DNA from: Epiperipatus broadwayi
Lineage: Eukaryota; Animalia; Onychophora
Assembly (NCBI GenBank): GCA_028023455.1
Contig: JAQFVV010000008.1
Span: 992,001-1,056,000, forward strand
Direction: 5' to 3'
Length of the DNA stretch: 64,000 nt
Position numbers and translations under genes: made by a program
Shown here: one piece after another, positions 51,190-64,000 of the stretch
Layout: each line of letters begins with the position of its first letter
Numbering within the stretch: position 1 is the stretch's first letter
Notes under the pieces: model-generated
Told to the model about the DNA's origin: nothing
Databases searched by the model: none
What the model saw: the letters and a program-made list of their open reading frames with translations, nothing else

Positions 51190-53705
51190 CATCATCATCA
51201 TCATCATTATCAACCATTATCAATCCACTGCAGGATGAAGGTCTCTCCAAGTTTAATCCATCTTCTCCGATCTTTAGCTTCTCTTCTCCACATCACCCCT
51301 ACACATTTTCTTATTTCATCCATCCATCTTACATGTGGTCTCCTTCTGGGTCTTTTACAATCTCTTGGAATCCAGTTTAAAATATCAATTGTCCATCTAT
51401 TATCATCTCTTCTAGCAATATGTCCAGCCCAACTCCACTTCAATCTTTTAATTTTTTCAATGAGGTCAGTAACACCTGTTTGTTCTCTTACCCATACATT
51501 GCGTTTTCGATCTCTTCTTGTTACTCCCAACATACATCTCTCCATACTTCTTTGAGTGGTCTGAAGTCTCTGTATTGATCTTCTATTAAGTGTCCAAGTC
51601 TCAGATCCATAAGTAAGAACTGGTAAAACACATTTGTTAAAAACCTTTCTTTTCAAACACATAGGCATATTTCCTTTTAATATCAAGTTATTTCTACCAA
51701 AAGCACTCCAACCAAGTTTAATTCTATGATTAATTTCCTCTATTATGTTTCCATCTGTATTAATAATCTGACCAAGGTATTTGTAACTCTTAACTTCTTC
51801 TAATTCATCATAATCAATCTTTATTTTCATATTTTGAGCAAATCGATTAAACATTACTTTAGTCTTTTTAACATTTATCTTTAGTCCTACTTTCCTACTT
51901 TCATCTGATAACTCCTGCAACATTTCCTGCAGCTCGGAAGCATTATTTGCAAAAACAACTACATCATCTGCGAAATCTAAATGACTTAAATAATCTCCAT
52001 TTACTTTCACTCCTTTAGTTTCCCATTTTAATCCACAAAATACTTCTTGCAGCACTGCTGTAAAAAGTTTTGGAGATATGGAGTCACCTTGTCTTACACC
52101 TTTCTCAATGTTGACTTTCCCAGTATCATTATGTAATCTAATTGTTGCTGTTGCATTTTTATAAATATTCTTTAAAATATGACAATATCCTGGATCTATA
52201 CCTTGATGATCCAATGCTTTAATCACTGAAGAAATGTTTATAGAATCAAATGCCTTTTCATAATCTACAAATCCAAAACATAATGACAACTCATATTCAT
52301 TTGTCCTTTCTATAACTTCTCTCAATACTTGAATATGATCTACTGTACTAAAACCACTTTTAAATCCAGCTTGTTCTCTTGGTTGGTGAAAATCCAAGGT
52401 TCTCTGTAGACGAGTTGTAATTATCTTGGTAAAAATTTTATATAAAACTGATAAAAGGCTGATAGGTCTGTAATTTCTAATATCTTCTTTATCACCTTTT
52501 TTAAATATTAATATTATTACTGCATTCTTCCAATCATCCGGTACATCTTTATCATTTAGACATTTGGTATATTGTAAAACTTTGCTAATATTTTTTCTGT
52601 TTCTTCACCTGCTTCTTTTAATATATCAATTATAATTCCATCATTACCTGGAGCCTTTCCTTTTTTCATACATTTAATTGCATTTCTCACTTCTTCATTT
52701 AAAATTCTGGGCAATTCGGAAGATGTAATAGATATAGGAGGTACTTGTTCTTTATTACTATATAATTCTTGATAAAAATCTTCTACCAATTTCATAATGT
52801 CATCCCTCTTTTTAGTAATAATTCCATCTTTTTTCCTTATTGCAGATATAAATTTCCTACCAATACCAAAATGTTGTTTTACATTCTTAAGACTTTTATT
52901 TTCTTCTACAGCTTTTCTTGCTAGTTCACAGTTATACTTTCTTATATCATTTTCAACTCTTTTCCGCACCATTTTACAAAATTCGAGATATTCAATTCTT
53001 TTTAATGCATCATTCTTGCATATCTTCATATTCCTTCTTTTCTTCATAAGTTCTCTAGTCTCAGTAGAAATTTTATTAGTCAATTGCTGCTTTTTTCTAC
53101 CAGCTATCTTTGTTGCAGTTTTTAAAAGTGTATCAGTTATTTTCATATTAATTTCATTCAAATCTGAATCATGTTCAAAATCTACCAATACTTGAAACCG
53201 ATTTGTAAGTTCTAATTTAAATTCATTAGAATGTTTCTGAAGATTAGGAATATCAACTGTAAATATAGTTTTTCTTAATAATTTTTGTCTCTCTAGTTTT
53301 ACATTAACATGCATCTTACCCCTTACTAATCGATGATCACTTCCTGTGTTAAATTTATTAAGAACAATACAATCTTGAAATATGTATTTCCTGTTAGTCA
53401 AAATATAATCCAATTCTGCTGTACCTTCATTTGGATGCTTCCATGTCCATTTCCTTCTAACATTTTTCTCAAAAAAAGAATTCATAATATAAAGTTTTTC
53501 CTTCTCTGCAAACTCCACAAGTCTATGTCCTCTCTCATTTCTATTACCATAACCAAAATTACCTACAACACTTTCATCTTTCATTTGTTTACCAATTCTA
53601 GCATTAAAATCTCCCATAACAATTTTAAAATGTTGTTTACTCTGATCAAAAGCCTTTTGTACATCCATATAAAAATCTTCTACTACTTCATCACTGTGAG
53701 AACTT
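51190..53705 (-). mobile_element. Young 5'-truncated RTE-clade LINE (endonuclease C-terminus plus RT), one frameshift, (GAT)n tail, 8-bp TSD GTTATGAT
   Basis: VMGDFNARIG, LDYIL..SDHRLV (APE); across the ~52570 frameshift YTKCLNDK..WKNAVIILIFKKGD...NYRPISLL; FVDYEKAFDS, GVRQGD, DFADD, YKYLG, WAGH. gttatgat at 51182-51189 and 53706-53713. Confidence 0.96.
51210..53668 (-). pseudogene. RTE APE-RT polyprotein split by a single frameshift near 52570
   Basis: ORF 53668-52556 and the frame from ~52570 to 51210 are each stop-free. Confidence 0.9.
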
Positions 53706-54153
53706 GTTATGATATCATAAGAAAAAAATGCTGCCTGTTATAATGATCAGAACTATTTAGATAAGAAGAATTACACATATTTTATCGAGTCAAGATAATG
53801 ATATTGTACTTTATTAAAATATAATTAAATTGATATATGAAAACCATATGATAAGGTATCTAGTATCATATAAAGTAAAATATTTAAATCGGAAGAAAAA
53901 CTTTATAATTCTTTAAATGTTTTAAATGATTGATAAACTTTTTCCTAAAATGAAGTATAAGATGAAGGATAAGTGAAGAAATATGAAAAAGTTAATCGAT
54001 GAAGATTGCTCATATATATTAAAATGTGATATAATTGTATGGAATCATACATGACTAGATTTATAAAATATAATCCATGATTAAAGTTTAAATGCTGATG
54101 TAAATAAATATGTTTTTATAATGATTAGTATAACTTTCAAATGAAAGATTTAA

Positions 54154-54211
54154 AAGGAAAAAGGATTTGTAATCAATAGTTTACAAGGAAAAAGGATTTG
54201 TAATCAATAGT
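54154..54211 (+). repeat. 31-bp-period tandem duplication
   Basis: aaggaaaaaggatttgtaatcaatagt occurs twice. Confidence 0.9.
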
Positions 54212-57200
54212 CTTAAAGAGTGTGCACAGATTAAAAATTCAACTTTATGGGATTCCAAAATTAATAACCTTTAGTTCTAAATAGCACTACAAAATATTAA
54301 AACATTTATCTGTACACAAATTTTTGTTAAGGAAAGTTTTTTTGTTTACTTTCATTGTAACTGTAGGAGAAGAAGTACTTAAAAAAACAACTATAGTTTC
54401 TTTCAATGAAATTCCCTACATTCTTTTGTTGCCAAAGAAATTAATACTTATCAATAATATCAATGTGTTTAGGTTTAAAGTTCAAGAAAGAAGAGAACTA
54501 TCGATTTACTTATTTATAATAATAAAAAAAGGATTTGTTTGGCTTATATTAATTTTAATATTTATTATAATGGTATTGATAAAAAGTGGGAAGATATCAT
54601 TTGGATTCATAAAATAATTTTTTTTAAGGTAAAATATAGAATTAATGTAAAATTAGTTTTTTTTTTTTTTTTTAGATATTTTATTTTAACTTTATGTTTA
54701 TGTATGACTATGTTGAAGATACTAAAAGTAATAGAGTATGATTATATATTAGATATATCTGTATTTATTATTTTATTCTGTAATTAAAGAAATATTACTC
54801 ATATGTTAAAAAAGAAAGTATAAATTATAGTATTTAATAATACATTGAAAAATATTGTTATTCCTATTGAAAGTATAATATGATCTCATAATTTAATATA
54901 ATAAAATATTTTGTAATATAACATTTAGTATGTTATTGGTATTTGTTTTGTGTTACTGCTTGTTTTCGTAGAAGAGAAGTCCATATTAAGGATGTATTAG
55001 GTCCTCATTTTCTTTATATTGGAAGTGATATTTCATATTGATAGTATTTCTCACTGGAAAAGTATATTAGTTATAATAGTGTCAGAGAAAGTTTTGTTTA
55101 ATCTTGATAAGTGTGTAATTGGTTAACTCTGGTAAGAGGCTAATGGTTTAATAAGTTAATCATTGAACATATAGTTAAGTAAGTAACCAATAATATTCCC
55201 ATAACTGCTATAAAACAATAAGCCAGGATGAAAAAAAAGGTTATTTCATGTCAATGTTAGTGAAGGTCTTTAGGTTACATCTATCTTATTTATTTGATTC
55301 ATTAAACAGCATTGGATAAGACACATTTAAATATTTTATTAAACTATGCACCAGAGAGGATACATCATTTGTATTTTATTACTCTTATAAAAGACTCATA
55401 ATATTCATGTACAAAGCAAATGGCCAATATTATAAATGGTTATGTATTTTAAATAATAACATGAAATGAGATCAAATAAAAATAAAAAATCACTTGAGCA
55501 TAAAATGTTTTGTTGTAATAAATACTTGGAGTAAAACTGTAATTTTTTTTTTTAATTTATAATTTATATTTGATATATTTCATTTAAATAATGAATATAA
55601 TTTGAATGAATTATTAATGTATATTATATATAAGACTATATTTAAGAAAGATGAGTATACAATAAGAATCAAAATAATGATACCTTAAGTATTGATGTAA
55701 GATATAATGAAAGTGTGTTTGATAATATATTAAGGAATTGTGTTTAAAAAAATAGTAATGATTTAAAACTTATTTTTTTAACATGATATTTAATGAATAT
55801 ATTTGTAAGATAAAAATTATTAATTTTAATTTCTTTAATTTTATTTTTATTTTAAAATTTATAATTATTTGTATTAGATAAAATTAATGTTAAATTAAAA
55901 ATTGATAAAATGTCATAAATAAATTATTTTTTAAAACTAAAGTTATTGTCTGGTATCATTATTTTTCCTCTCGAGTCTTATTATCATATCATCAGTTTTG
56001 AAACAATAGCATACAATCTTGTTTAAATAAATATTTTATATCCTACTTTTGATTAGAATCTATAAATTTTATTTGATTTTAATAGTTTATGATCATGTAC
56101 ATTAAAAGCATATGATCAAAATTATATAAAAAAAAATAAAATAATTTATTTTAATTATAAATTTAATAATGTAATTATACTTAAAGAATTTAATAAATGG
56201 AAAGCAAGATTATAAATGTATATTTTGGTAATTGTTTTAAAAGAGCAAGACTAGTCTAATGGATCCACACATGAAAAGAAAATATATGTTTTAATGTCAT
56301 GAAAATTATATGATATAATTTATAAGTCAAAAATAACAATTGAAATTTTAATAAATTTTAAAAGGGAATATATTGATAATTATTATTTTCACTTTTTTGT
56401 GTTTATTTGTTGATATGTGATGGAGTTCAGTGTTATGAATATTATTTTAGGAATAAATGATAGTAGTATGAATAGAAATTATAGATTGCTTGATGAAATC
56501 CCAATAAAAGAATTATTCAATATGATTGTTGTTATTATTATTATTATAGAAAGTTCACTAATAAGGGTAATCAAGTTAATTGTAATTCTATGAGTTTTTA
56601 TTTAATCTTATGAATAATTACTGAACATAATGTAATTAAAAATATTAATGTTGTAATATGATTGGTTTATTGTTATTATAATATTATAGATAGTGGAATC
56701 TTAATAAAATTCCTCTTATTATTTCACTATCTGGGTTAGAATTATTCTAATTGTAAATAAATAGTAAACCTTGAGAATATATGAAAATATTTTGCATAAA
56801 CATATAAATTTGATTTCAAAGTTATTAAAAGGATAATATATTATTTAGGAGTGTTATTGATTATTAAATAAGTTAAACATTATTCCAGAATAATAGAAGA
56901 TAAATTGTTATTAGTAAAGTTAGTCATTGATTTATTGTAAAGTTTTTGAAATAGTTAATAATATATCATAATCTGATATATTTTGCAATATTCAATGCCA
57001 TTGGAGAAATACTTTGTTCATGCTCATTACTTTTGTAACTAACCCTAGATCTCATGATTGTTTAAATATCATAGGATTTTAATTACATTATAAAGTTAAA
57101 TAAGATTTTATATCATTAAAACAATATTATTGGTAATATCTTATTGGTTATTAATTAAAGCTGAGCTAGGTCTCTTTGTTGATTATTATTGATGGTCATT

Positions 57201-59299
57201 GAATAAATAACTTTTTGGAAGGTTACAATATATATTGTCAATTATAATAAAAAAAAAAAAAAATTACAAATTAGATAGTGAGATAAATTAAATCAAATGA
57301 AAAGAAAATCTGATTTTTACAATAATGTCAGTAGAGAAACAATTTCCAAGTGATTGTCAAAATACTTTGTTAAGGAAGAAAAATTTCAATTTCTGATATA
57401 TAGGTTTAAATATTGCACACATTCTGTTTTTGCATATATGTACTGAATTTACTAAAAATTTTGCCCTTTATTTATGATATAGAAAACAAAAAAATTCTTG
57501 ATATTTTAACAAGATTTTAATTTGGAATATGATTTTTAATTTTTTAAAAATTCACTCAGCAAAGAAATTGACTATCTTTATTCATATTTGAGATTTTTTT
57601 TTTTTATAGATTGAATAAATGTATTAAAATACTGTAAGCTATTTTTGTAATACAAATTAATTTAATAAAAAATCCAAAAAACATAATCAATATTGTAACG
57701 GCCAGATTCATCTATCTTGTTAACACACTGCAGAATTCAAACCCAGGACACGAAACTCAACACTCTAGGAGTTGCCTCCCAGAAATCCCCAGTTTGGAGC
57801 CAAAGTCTAAACTCCACATCACCACCTACATGATAACGCATCTGATGTTACTAAAGAATAGTTTCTTGCCGGTGCCGGTGGTCAGGGAGAAACAAGAGAC
57901 TCTAAACTAAAATAGCCCTAGGTTTGCCTAACAAGAACTATAGATGTGCCAAAGATACATATCAATGTATATAGGGTGTAATTTAGACTGCAAGGATAAA
58001 TAAATAAAGAAGTGTAATGAATCAATTCAAATATAATATTTATTAACATTAATTTATTAACAACATTAGCTATACGAATTTGATAGCTATATAAAAATTA
58101 CGGTATTTCATACTTGGATTAAGTTATTACAATGTGTCTAATTGTACTAAGATAATATATATGCGAGCTATGCAGAGCACTAAAGAAAACAAATTAACTA
58201 ATTAAAATAGAAGGGAAAATATTTGCATTTGATATGAGAATAACTCGGGTGACTCGTGGAGTTTTAAGTATAAGGCAGAGCTATACATGTAATACTAAAT
58301 TTATAATGAAAGTATATGGTGGTGCCAGTGAGATATGGTACTAAGGATGGAATGCAGTATGTTGAAAATGCGGTTTTACAAAAGAAATAAAGTAAATAAA
58401 ATTATTACAGTCATGGATAGGCCCAAGCCTGTCCCCCACCCAGGAGTTTCGTGACTGTAGGGATGTACGTGATTCATGCCCATGTGGGATGTTTCATGTC
58501 ACACTTTACTGGGAACCACGGAGGAAATTAGGGTATGGTCTTAGCTGTTGATGCCCTTGGGAAGGTAGAAAAGCAATTCTTAACACCCCAACACATTCAC
58601 TGGCAACATGCAATTAATTATAAAATATATAAATAATTTTAAAAAAAAGGTAGTTTATAAATTGGCAGAATAGCTCTCTCCCTTAAATTTTATTTTCTGA
58701 TGGCCCGCATACTCCCATCAAAATTAAACGAATAAAATAACTAGGTGAAAATTAATTTTACGTGAAAATATAAAATATATTTTAGTATCAATTAAAATAG
58801 GGAGGGAAATGCGTGGTTGCGATTATGAACAGTGAGGCAACCAAGCATTTATATAAAACTTCCCTACATAACTCGCAAATGCTTGAGTAGATTAATTTAA
58901 AATATTTTTACAAAATTTACAGAGAAAATATATTTGGCTAAAATGAATTATCTAGTACTTTCGTTCCCAAGCGAGAACTTTTATAGAGAATAAACCCTCG
59001 GATAAGTGAGCCATAGAGACATTTAAAACAATTAATAAAAGGGGTAGTTTAACAATTAAGTCCGCATCAAGATGGCGTTTTGTAAAATAGTATTGTATAT
59101 AAAAAAGGAGGGATGGTTGGATCGATCAGCAAGGTTTATTCAAGCACATTATAATAAAGACTAAAATGAGACAAATAGATATATAAAGAAAATATTAACC
59201 CAAATAGGAATTAAACATGCATTAAAAGAATTGAAGGAATAAATATAATTATTAAATATAACAAAAGTAGCTACAGATTGGGATTATTGAGATATCTTG

Positions 59300-59960
59300 G
59301 GTTAATTTTTATTACCTCGGTTTTTTTTAAGAGAAGAGTCCATGCGCTCTTTGAAGACTTCAATGGATTCCTTGAGCAGTTTTAGTTCATTCTTAATTTG
59401 TGGATTAGGTGGGCTTCAGCAGCATTATTTAGGCAGCATTAAAGATATTTTTTTTGTCAGCAGCATTCTGACCTATTAGGATGGTTGTCGGGCATTAGAT
59501 GGTATAACAGGACATCAGATGATGAACAACGGATGTCAAGTTCTCATTCCTGAGGGAAGACAGCACACTTCCTTTTTTTCCTATTCCATTGTTTTAAAGT
59601 ATATTATTAAAACTGGAAAAATTGTCGGATTGTCTTCCATCTAGGATCCAGTAAGGTGATTTCTTTGGATAAACTTTTAGATCTTACTGGTAACTCTCAA
59701 TCAATAATTCTTCAAGAACGAATGCAGAATAATGTCTCCGAAAGGATCAGAAGAGTAAAGCAGAATAGTAATACAGAATCATAAGGAATATAATGAATAA
59801 TGTCAGCAGAATAAACTAATTAATATTCTGCCTTACTTATATACTAAGACTTTGCAATGCTATAGTCCTCCGGTGATAAAATCCATTAATTAATAACATT
59901 AATTAAATCAGAAACCAAAATAATGCACTAAGATTTTAATTAATTTTTAACATAGTTACA
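59300..59960 (-). mobile_element. Possible truncated LTR element: LTR 59960-59651, PBS-like site, gag-like remnant
   Basis: Minus strand starts tgtaact and ends ...accttac, followed by tggatcctagatgg (loosely like the tRNA-Arg PBS TGGCGACCCAGATGGGA). A later frame reads PQIKNELKLLKESIEVFKERMDSS. No partner LTR found. Confidence 0.35.
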
Positions 59961-60843
59961 TTCCCAGATGTTCTGATTACGATCATTTAATTAAATTTGC
60001 TAGTGAACCTCTGTTATTTTAATCTTGATAGGAAAAACCTATTAGTAAAACCTGGTGTAAACAGGTTAAAATTAATTACTATTATTCTCTTTACCCACCC
60101 TCATTTATTTTTAAAATAAAATAACAAAATTATTCACTTTTTAAATTCTCAATGTTTAAAATAATATTTAAAGTTGAATATTATTTTATTAAATGAAAAG
60201 AAATATGAATGTAATATTTCTAAAATAAACAGATTTAAATAACTTTAAACAAAATTAGTTTACTTAAGTTTTAAAATATTATTGCAGTATGTATTTAGAT
60301 GAGAATATGTGACCTACTTTTAAATGAATATGTATATATTTGACAGTTTGAAATAAAACCATTAAAAGAAATTTAATTATGATAAAACCCATGGGTACCC
60401 TATTAGTAGGCACACACTACGATAAGTTTAGGGTTTGAAATAGTGTATGAAGATAGGTTAGATGTAAGCAAAGGTGAAACAAAGATCTGCAGAGCACATC
60501 TTACTGTTTCAATATGTACATACATATAAGAATAAAAATATATATTTTATTAAAATAATATTTAATAAAATTTATATTTCATTAATCAGTATTCTATTAT
60601 TTTCTTTTCAAATATATGACCTATTAATTTCAATTAAATATATAAAAGAAATTAATTTCACATATCCTTTTAAATTTTGTTTTATTTTATGAACCATTTT
60701 CATTTCAATTTTATCCTGACATTTCGATCATATTATATAGTCATTGTCAATGGTTATTTTTATAATGTATATATAAGTTTACAAAGAGTTTACAATAACA
60801 ACATAATAAAATACTTTCACATAAATTATAATTTAAATCACTA

Positions 60844-61005
60844 AACATCACATGGTCACCATTTCTTATGCTTGTTCATAACTACTATTAAAACAGGCAA
60901 AACTCTCCATACAATAGGGATTTTATGCACACGCCTTCTGGTATCCATTGATTACTCTGGCTTCACTGAGTGGCACTACTGTATGGAGAGTTTTGCCTGT
61001 TTTAA
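60844..61005. repeat. Short palindromic derivative of the dispersed modular family
   Basis: ttaaaacaggcaaaactctccatac (60888) / gtatggagagttttgcctgttttaa (61005). The interior ccttctggtatccattgattactct matches the family core. Confidence 0.85.
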
Positions 61006-64000
61006 AAAATTATAATTATTTTTTATTACTTATTTTTTACTTAATTTTGTATTTGCCTTCAACCTTTTACATTTTAAATGTTTACTTTATAAAAAAATTA
61101 TTTAATTATTTATAATTACTTTTTTATAATTGCACTAAATTTCTAACATTATTTTTAGTCAAAAGTAATTTTCTCCTTTTTACGTATAATTTTTCTTTAT
61201 ATTTTTCATCTTTCATATGGAGGTCTATATTAGAATTTCTATCTTTTAAATGCTGGTTTAATCTGGTTTTCAATTTGTTTTTTTGTTGATCTTTCATATA
61301 CAACATTTTTGTTATCTCTTACAATCTGAGCAATTTGCAATGTAAATGATATTAAAATTTTTCAATCACTGTCTTGTTTTTAGCATTTATCAATTTATTT
61401 AAATCTATTTTTTTTATAACAAATTTATTATTATTCTTCTGTATGTCTTATTATTTTATTTATCTTATAAAATCTACATCTTGATCAATTAAAACTACTA
61501 AAAATTTCTCTTATTTTATTTGTTATTTTTTATATATATTCTTTTTGTTATACTTGCTATATTTTTCCTTTCACATAATTTATTAATTAATTTAGTAGAA
61601 TAATCATTTATCCATACTTCATTTTTTATTATATCAATTTCTTCCTTTAATAATTTATTACTAGAATACAATCTTATCGCTCTATTTATTTTATTATTAA
61701 TAGTAAATATGTATTTTATGTATACACTTTGTATCGGAATCTCAATTATTTAATAAACCATAAAAGGTCTTTTTCCTAAAAATACTTGTTCCAATATTTA
61801 TTTTTTTATTATTTAATTCTAACATATATATAATTATTCATATTTATTTCCTTTTTCATAATAAATTGAATTCTATTCTTTATTCTATTTATCTATAAAA
61901 TAATATGATGTTATTTTATTATTATTAAATATTAAAAAATAATCATCAATATATTGTACCAATCGAAATTGTATGTTAATTCAACACGATTCACAGTCTG
62001 GGAATACGCGAGATCAAAGATCAAGAATACTTATGGATTCTAACCTGTTTACCCACCCTCTAAATCTAATAACTAATGAACGACACTTTCATGGTAAGCA
62101 CTTAATCTCTTTTAATTCCGGCTGGCTGCAACAGCGGTTGAACATAAGTCTCTGGGATTTCTAATATTTAATTCTGTCATAGAATTTAATTTAGCGTATG
62201 AGTGAGTTGATATAATAAAAATGCGTTTGGAATATGTGTCTGTGTAGGGCTTAGAACCATCAGATAGCAGCATAATATTAATGGATAAGTAAATTTTTTA
62301 AAATAAAATCAATTAGAAATGAACCACAGGTAAATTAAGTTAAATTCAGACATATTTAATAAACATTTATCTATAATTCTCTAATGCCTCGCTACTTAAC
62401 GTTCCTGTTTATTAACATACAATTTTGTGATTATAAACTTAATGTGTATGCCTATTTCAAAATAACGGTATAATTTATATGCCAAATTTCTTACAAATGG
62501 TTGATTTCAATTCTTGGGTTGACGCCACTTCACAAGTAAGTACAGAAAAGAGATAATTATATGTCAAGACCTTTGCTTACTGTTATTAACTTTCACTTGA
62601 ACAAAAGATTTTCCAAGAGAGAAATTATTTGGCTATGTTTAAGAAATGGTTTATCACGTCACCAACATGAACCTAATCTCACTCCCCCTGCCCAGCGATG
62701 CCAACATTAGGAACGAAAATTAATTTGCGCCATTGGCAAATTTAAAAATTTCAGGTGAAAACAAAAAAAATCTCAAAAATTCGTCAAGCTCACCTCAGAT
62801 TTTCTCTTTTATTGTTTTCAAGTTCTGATAGACATTTTATTTAAACCAGTGAAACCATCACGTGGTATCATTTTCAGGCAAAAAGGGTAGCAAATCAAGT
62901 ATAATGCCGGATAACATAAAACAAATACTAGATACAATTTTAAATTATTTAACTTAAAATTACATCGAGTGACATATTTCATTTAACTAATAGCGAATTG
63001 ACCCAGATTAGATTCCAACAAATACATTTTTAATATTATGTGAATATCATATTTCAGTTTAGGACAAAATCTCAACAAAACATTTTAAATTCAATATTAT
63101 TAAACTCTCCCTTGAAAATGATCAATTAATGAAATTTTCCCCCTTTTATGTTTAAAATATAATTAAATGGACACATCTGACCCAGCATCTTCCCGAAACC
63201 AAATCGTTTACGCATAAGGTAAGTTTTCTGTGTATAATCAAATATACAATATAAATCATTTCACCTCGACAAAAAAGAAAAGATTGCTCTAATTAATAAT
63301 CCCTTAGAGCTAAATCTTAATTTTTACCTGCCGACAGACATTGGTCGGGAAATAAAGAATACATATTTTAATTAATTCTCTAATACGAGAACATGGTGGG
63401 TAGGAATTTGTCAAGGTAAAAGCAAACTGGCATATATGTAAGATTTTAAAATCAAATATAAATTTAAATGACATATTTATACGTAAATAACAAATATCAT
63501 TTACAGACCGCTTGACTAAGAGAAAACTAACTTTACATTAAGATAGGCATAATTTAAAGACAGGAATTATATTTATAGCAGAGGCATCAAAATTCAATTA
63601 TAGAAAGTGAAGGTTACAAAATTAGAGAAATTACATTTTAAAGATACTTATTTACAAAGTACTTAATTACGCGATCAACTGGAGACATATAAAAAAAAAT
63701 TTTATCTAACATTTTTCACAGTCCACTTTGAAATCCTTGTCCCACGACGACACGAGGGATTTGAAATTGGCTTCAGGTTTTGAACATAGGAATAGCTAAC
63801 TATTTGTTTTTATTCAGAGTTCAACATTTCAGCAGTACAAAATCAAAGAAATTTTCCGGCTTCATGTGAAGCAGTCAATCTTAGCTTAAGATTGTGCTTC
63901 ATGTTTCTACTATTAACCCGTATTCAAACCGTATATCCCATCCTGCTCCTTTTGTCGTATATATATTTTTTATGTATATATTTGGAATGCGCGCCTAAAT

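Noticed and set aside
51169-51555. ORF with a poly-His run
   Set aside because: It is the antisense reading of the RTE (GAT)n tail and 3' coding region.
52797-53743. Plus-strand ORFs of 132 and 136 aa (also 4462-4677 and 5341-5745)
   Set aside because: Antisense shadows of LINE coding sequence.
53750-57690. Very AT-rich stretch with short hydrophobic ORFs (54324-54787)
   Set aside because: Compositional artefacts (TTT/ATT-rich codons). No AMDHD2 exon 3 motif or other domain was found.

Overview
AT-rich, CpG-depleted eukaryotic genomic DNA; an arthropod-like invertebrate is my inference from composition and TE content. One host gene is clearly recognisable: N-acetylglucosamine-6-phosphate deacetylase (AMDHD2/nagA family, + strand). 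Its first two coding exons are at 40184-40394 and 42530-42669. Exon 3 was not found, so the next intron probably runs past the window end (>21 kb). A CpG-retaining stretch at ~35.2-35.9 kb is the likely promoter, with splice-site evidence for a possible divergent minus-strand transcript. The rest is mostly mobile DNA. It includes four Ty3/gypsy-type LTR elements with no recognisable complete RT or integrase core (two with 1.2-1.8 kb LTRs), a solo LTR with a perfect 5-bp TSD, a near-intact RTE LINE, a second LINE with a CCHC tail, a Penelope-like GIY-YIG fragment whose inverted repeats carry a degenerate hammerhead-like motif, and many long palindromes. I found no clear new biological system. 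The best leads are the pol-less gag or gag-protease retroelements, the hammerhead-like motif, the foldback family and the divergent transcript. All alignments and identities were judged by eye; boundaries marked ~ are approximate.
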